This document shows positions 61,567-64,000 of a stretch of DNA of 64,000 nt, piece after piece. Origin of the DNA: Mugil cephalus. Taxonomy: Eukaryota. The stretch is from NCBI RefSeq assembly GCF_022458985.1, contig NC_061789.1, positions 11,479,707 to 11,543,706 of the forward strand, read 5' to 3'. Numbering within the stretch: the stretch's first letter is position 1; every line of letters starts with the position of its first letter. The translations under genes and the position numbers were made by a program. Below the pieces are notes generated by a model. It worked only from the letters and a program-made list of their open reading frames with translations. It searched no databases and was not told the DNA's origin.

Positions 61567-63249
61567 CCTGTGAAGCCAGCAGACTGTGGCGGACAGGTTT
61601 CGGGGCGATAGCCGGAGGTTTTGGGGAGAGCGGAGGTTTAATGGGGGACCCCGTAGCCGGACTGGCTGGCCGCTCCAGACCAGCCTCGCTGATACTCAGA
61701 CTGACCTCCTCCTGGCTCTGTGATGGAGGTCGGCTTCCAGACTCAGAGGCAGCTCCCTCTCTGGAAGGGGAGCCCCCGCCTTGCTCCTTGTCTTTGGGTT
61801 TGTGCCGGCGCTTCACTGTGTCCGACTCCTTCAGGTTAAACTCGGGGACCTCCAGACTCTTGCCTGCTGGTTTCTCTGGGGGCTCCAGCACGGCCTCGGC
61901 TCTGGGCGGAGCTGGAGCTTTGGGTCTCTGTTTGATGGTCAGGTTGCCCTCCTCAGCGAAGGGGATGCACTCGCTGGAGCTGTTCTGAGGGGACGAGGAG
62001 CCGTCCAGCCCTCGAACTTTTGTCTCTTCCTCCTCAGAGTCGGACTTCACCCCTCGGTCCAGCTCGGAGCTTCTGCCGGTCTGTGTGGGAGCACACTCGC
62101 TCTGCACCCTCCTCCTCACCCCTGCAGCCTCCCTGGCCTCTACAGAGCTGAGGGATGGGGGCAGCTCCGGCTGGTCTCCGTCCGGTTTTGGTCCTTGGGG
62201 GATGTTCCCCTCCGTGCCTCCTTCTAGACAAGCTGCGATGCTCCTCACGCTCCCTGGACTGTCAGTGACCACCCCACCGGAGGATGAAGTGGTGCTGCTG
62301 TCGCTCAGTTCCCCGCTGGTGGTGCTGCTCACTGAGCTCAGTCTCTTCGGGGGAGGGGGAGGGGGACCTTTTTTCCGAGCGCGCACTGCGAACGACTGGC
62401 TGCGTCCCACGTTGCCGTTCTTCTCTGGGCTCGACTGTAGCCGAGCCAGCTGGCTGCGGCCGGGCTTGCGGGTCAAAGTGGCGTACAACGGCACGTTTCC
62501 AGAACGAAGCGTGGACTCCTCGTCGTCCTCGTCCGGCTCTCCGTCCGACAGGGCATAGCGGGTCATGCTCTGCGTGCGCTTCTTGGGCGGAGTCAGCGTC
62601 ATGGTGTGGTTCTCGGGCCGCGGAGATGAGCTCAGGTCTGTGGAGCCGCAGTGGGAATGAAGGTAGCTGAAACCTTTCAGTGCTGGAGAGCCGTGAGGGG
62701 AGGGGCCGCGGGATCCGGACATCTTGGGCTTTGCGGGGATGGCCGGGTACTTGAACACAGTGGCCGTACCCAGAGGAACCTGTTTGGGCAGAGGCTGCTG
62801 CTGCAGGGGCCTCTGGTCCCAGCCCTCAGGGAGGTTCCTCTCCTTAGCAGGGCTCCCTTCCAAGCTTTCCTGGGACCAGCCGTGGGGGTTGATGGAGGCA
62901 GTCGGGGGCTCCTGGGAGCGCCCGGAGCCTCTGGAACGGGTGTCGATGCTCTCCTGGCTCTGGGACATGCCCACTGCATTCTTGATGGCCAAACCTTCCT
63001 CGCAGCCTCCATATTGGCTGGACATGGCCGTCTGCAGCTCAGTGCTCAGCTCGCTGTCCTGGAAGGTCATCATCTTTGGGGTGTGAGGAGAAGAGCATTC
63101 CCCTCCAGCTTCAGGAGGCTCGATGGTGACGAGGTGGAGGGCCCCAGGGCCTTTGCGTCGCAGCGTGCCTTGCCCCGATTCGGCCTGAAGGATCGCCCTC
63201 TGGATGTCACACAGCTTCTTCACGGCCAGCATCAGCTTCTTCTGGTGTC
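61567..63249 (-). CDS. caskin-family gene, large Pro/Ser-rich exon (1683 nt)
   Basis: Acceptor cctgtag|GA completes Gly, then HQKKLMLAVKKLCDIQRAILQ... Contains KKGPPPPPPKRLSSVSS and many S/P/T runs typical of the Caskin C-terminal proline-rich region. Donor CAG G|gtaaga at 61567. Confidence 0.75.
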
Positions 63250-63324
63250 CTACAGGGGAAGACTCAACTGTCAGATCAAGTCCAAACAGTCACACCGAGC
63301 ACACCCCAACAATGTCTGTCCTCA

Positions 63325-63464
63325 CCCAGCTTGATGATGCCGATCTCCTGCAGATCCTCCCACGTCAAATCTTTGACGATGCTGATGGAGTCGTAGCCGT
63401 TCTCCGAGAGCTTCTTGTGGTACTGCGGGAGGCCGATGGCGCTGAGCCACTCGCCGAGATCAGA
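63325..63464 (-). CDS. caskin-family gene, exon encoding SAM domain 2
   Basis: Acceptor ttcccatag|TCT, donor CTG G|gtgagg. Encodes [46 protein letters not shown] (human CASKIN1 [56 protein letters not shown]). Confidence 0.8.
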
Positions 63465-63543
63465 CTATGGGAACAGGACACGAGTCAGATCCACAGTAGG
63501 TCAGCGCGTTCCGCAGTTACACAGCTGCACGTAAAAGTCTTAC

Positions 63544-63645
63544 TGGGATGTACTCGGGGAGCCACTCCGGGATGTTGAGGTTGCTGATCTCGATGGAGAT
63601 TTTCTTTCGGTGTCCTGGTTTGGTGACTCCGATGGCCGTCAGATC
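63544..63645 (-). CDS. caskin-family gene, exon encoding the C-terminal half of SAM domain 1
   Basis: Acceptor gtctacag|GAT, donor CCA|gtaaga. Encodes [34 protein letters not shown] (CASKIN1 [33 protein letters not shown]). Confidence 0.8.
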
Positions 63646-63935
63646 CTGTAGACGTCAAAGAGTCAGTCAACAACACGCTCAGCTCCAACTCTGCTACATG
63701 CAGAAGATTACAGCCAGGACGGGAAGCTGAGGCTCCAAGCTGACCACAAAATCCTAAACAAACAATAGCCTACTGCAGGTAGAGATCTTCATAGGTCCAG
63801 GAACTAATGTGTGCACAGGTTCAGGTATGTTTTGAGGACGCTGACACTTATTAAAGAGCTTCTTTTTTTTAAAAAAAAACAATCAGCCTACAACAACTGA
63901 ACAGTGTCTTGTTTACTGGAGCAAAGCTTGGTCAC

Positions 63936-64000
63936 CTCGGGAGTCATCCTGCTGATGGTCGGTACGTCATATCCAGCGCTCAGGAAGTTCCCAGTGTACT
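63936..64000 (-). CDS. caskin-family gene, exon encoding the N-terminal half of SAM domain 1 (runs off the window edge)
   Basis: Encodes ...EYTGNFLSAGYDVPTISRMTPE with donor GAG|gtgacc at 63935/63936 (CASKIN1 LLEAGYDLPTISRMTPE). Confidence 0.7.

Overview
This window is vertebrate nuclear DNA, almost certainly from a teleost fish (spliced genes with GT-AG introns, microsatellites, MITE and LINE debris). Prokaryotic feature classes such as CRISPR arrays and operons do not apply. Genes, in window order: (1) a C2H2 zinc-finger gene on the minus strand, with a terminal exon carrying five fingers and an upstream exon carrying a teleost ZNF N-terminal leucine-rich domain; (2) a dispanin/CD225-family gene on the plus strand that I assign to prrt2 from its diagnostic C-terminal sequence; (3) a roughly 35 kb block (23.57-58.78 kb) that holds the major vault protein gene (mvp) on the minus strand in a nested tandem duplication; (4) the 3' half of a caskin-family gene on the minus strand (tandem SAM domains, long Pro/Ser-rich exon, conserved [19 protein letters not shown]-terminus). 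The mvp block is two ~17.6 kb tandem units, 23571-41224 and 41225-58777, about 98-99% identical. Each unit contains a full 16-coding-exon mvp copy plus a heavily deleted 5' fragment (exons 1-4) that still carries its upstream promoter-like element. Copy 1 of mvp reads through intact. Copy 2 has a 1-bp deletion in exon 6 (a C-run, 4 vs 5 C) that shifts the frame, plus several replacements at residues conserved in copy 1 and in human MVP. Copy 2 is therefore either a young pseudogene or carries a homopolymer sequencing error. The truncated fragments end in a mosaic junction built from short out-of-order pieces of mvp exon 8, exon 6 and an intron. One of their breakpoints lies at the centre of a palindromic MITE-like element. 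A degenerate reverse-transcriptase fragment sits beside the boundary of the large units. prrt2 lying next to mvp matches human 16p11.2 (PRRT2-PAGR1-MVP), but I could not detect a PAGR1-like gene in the 10 kb between them. Exon coordinates were derived by hand from splice-site consensus and homology and may be off by a base in places.
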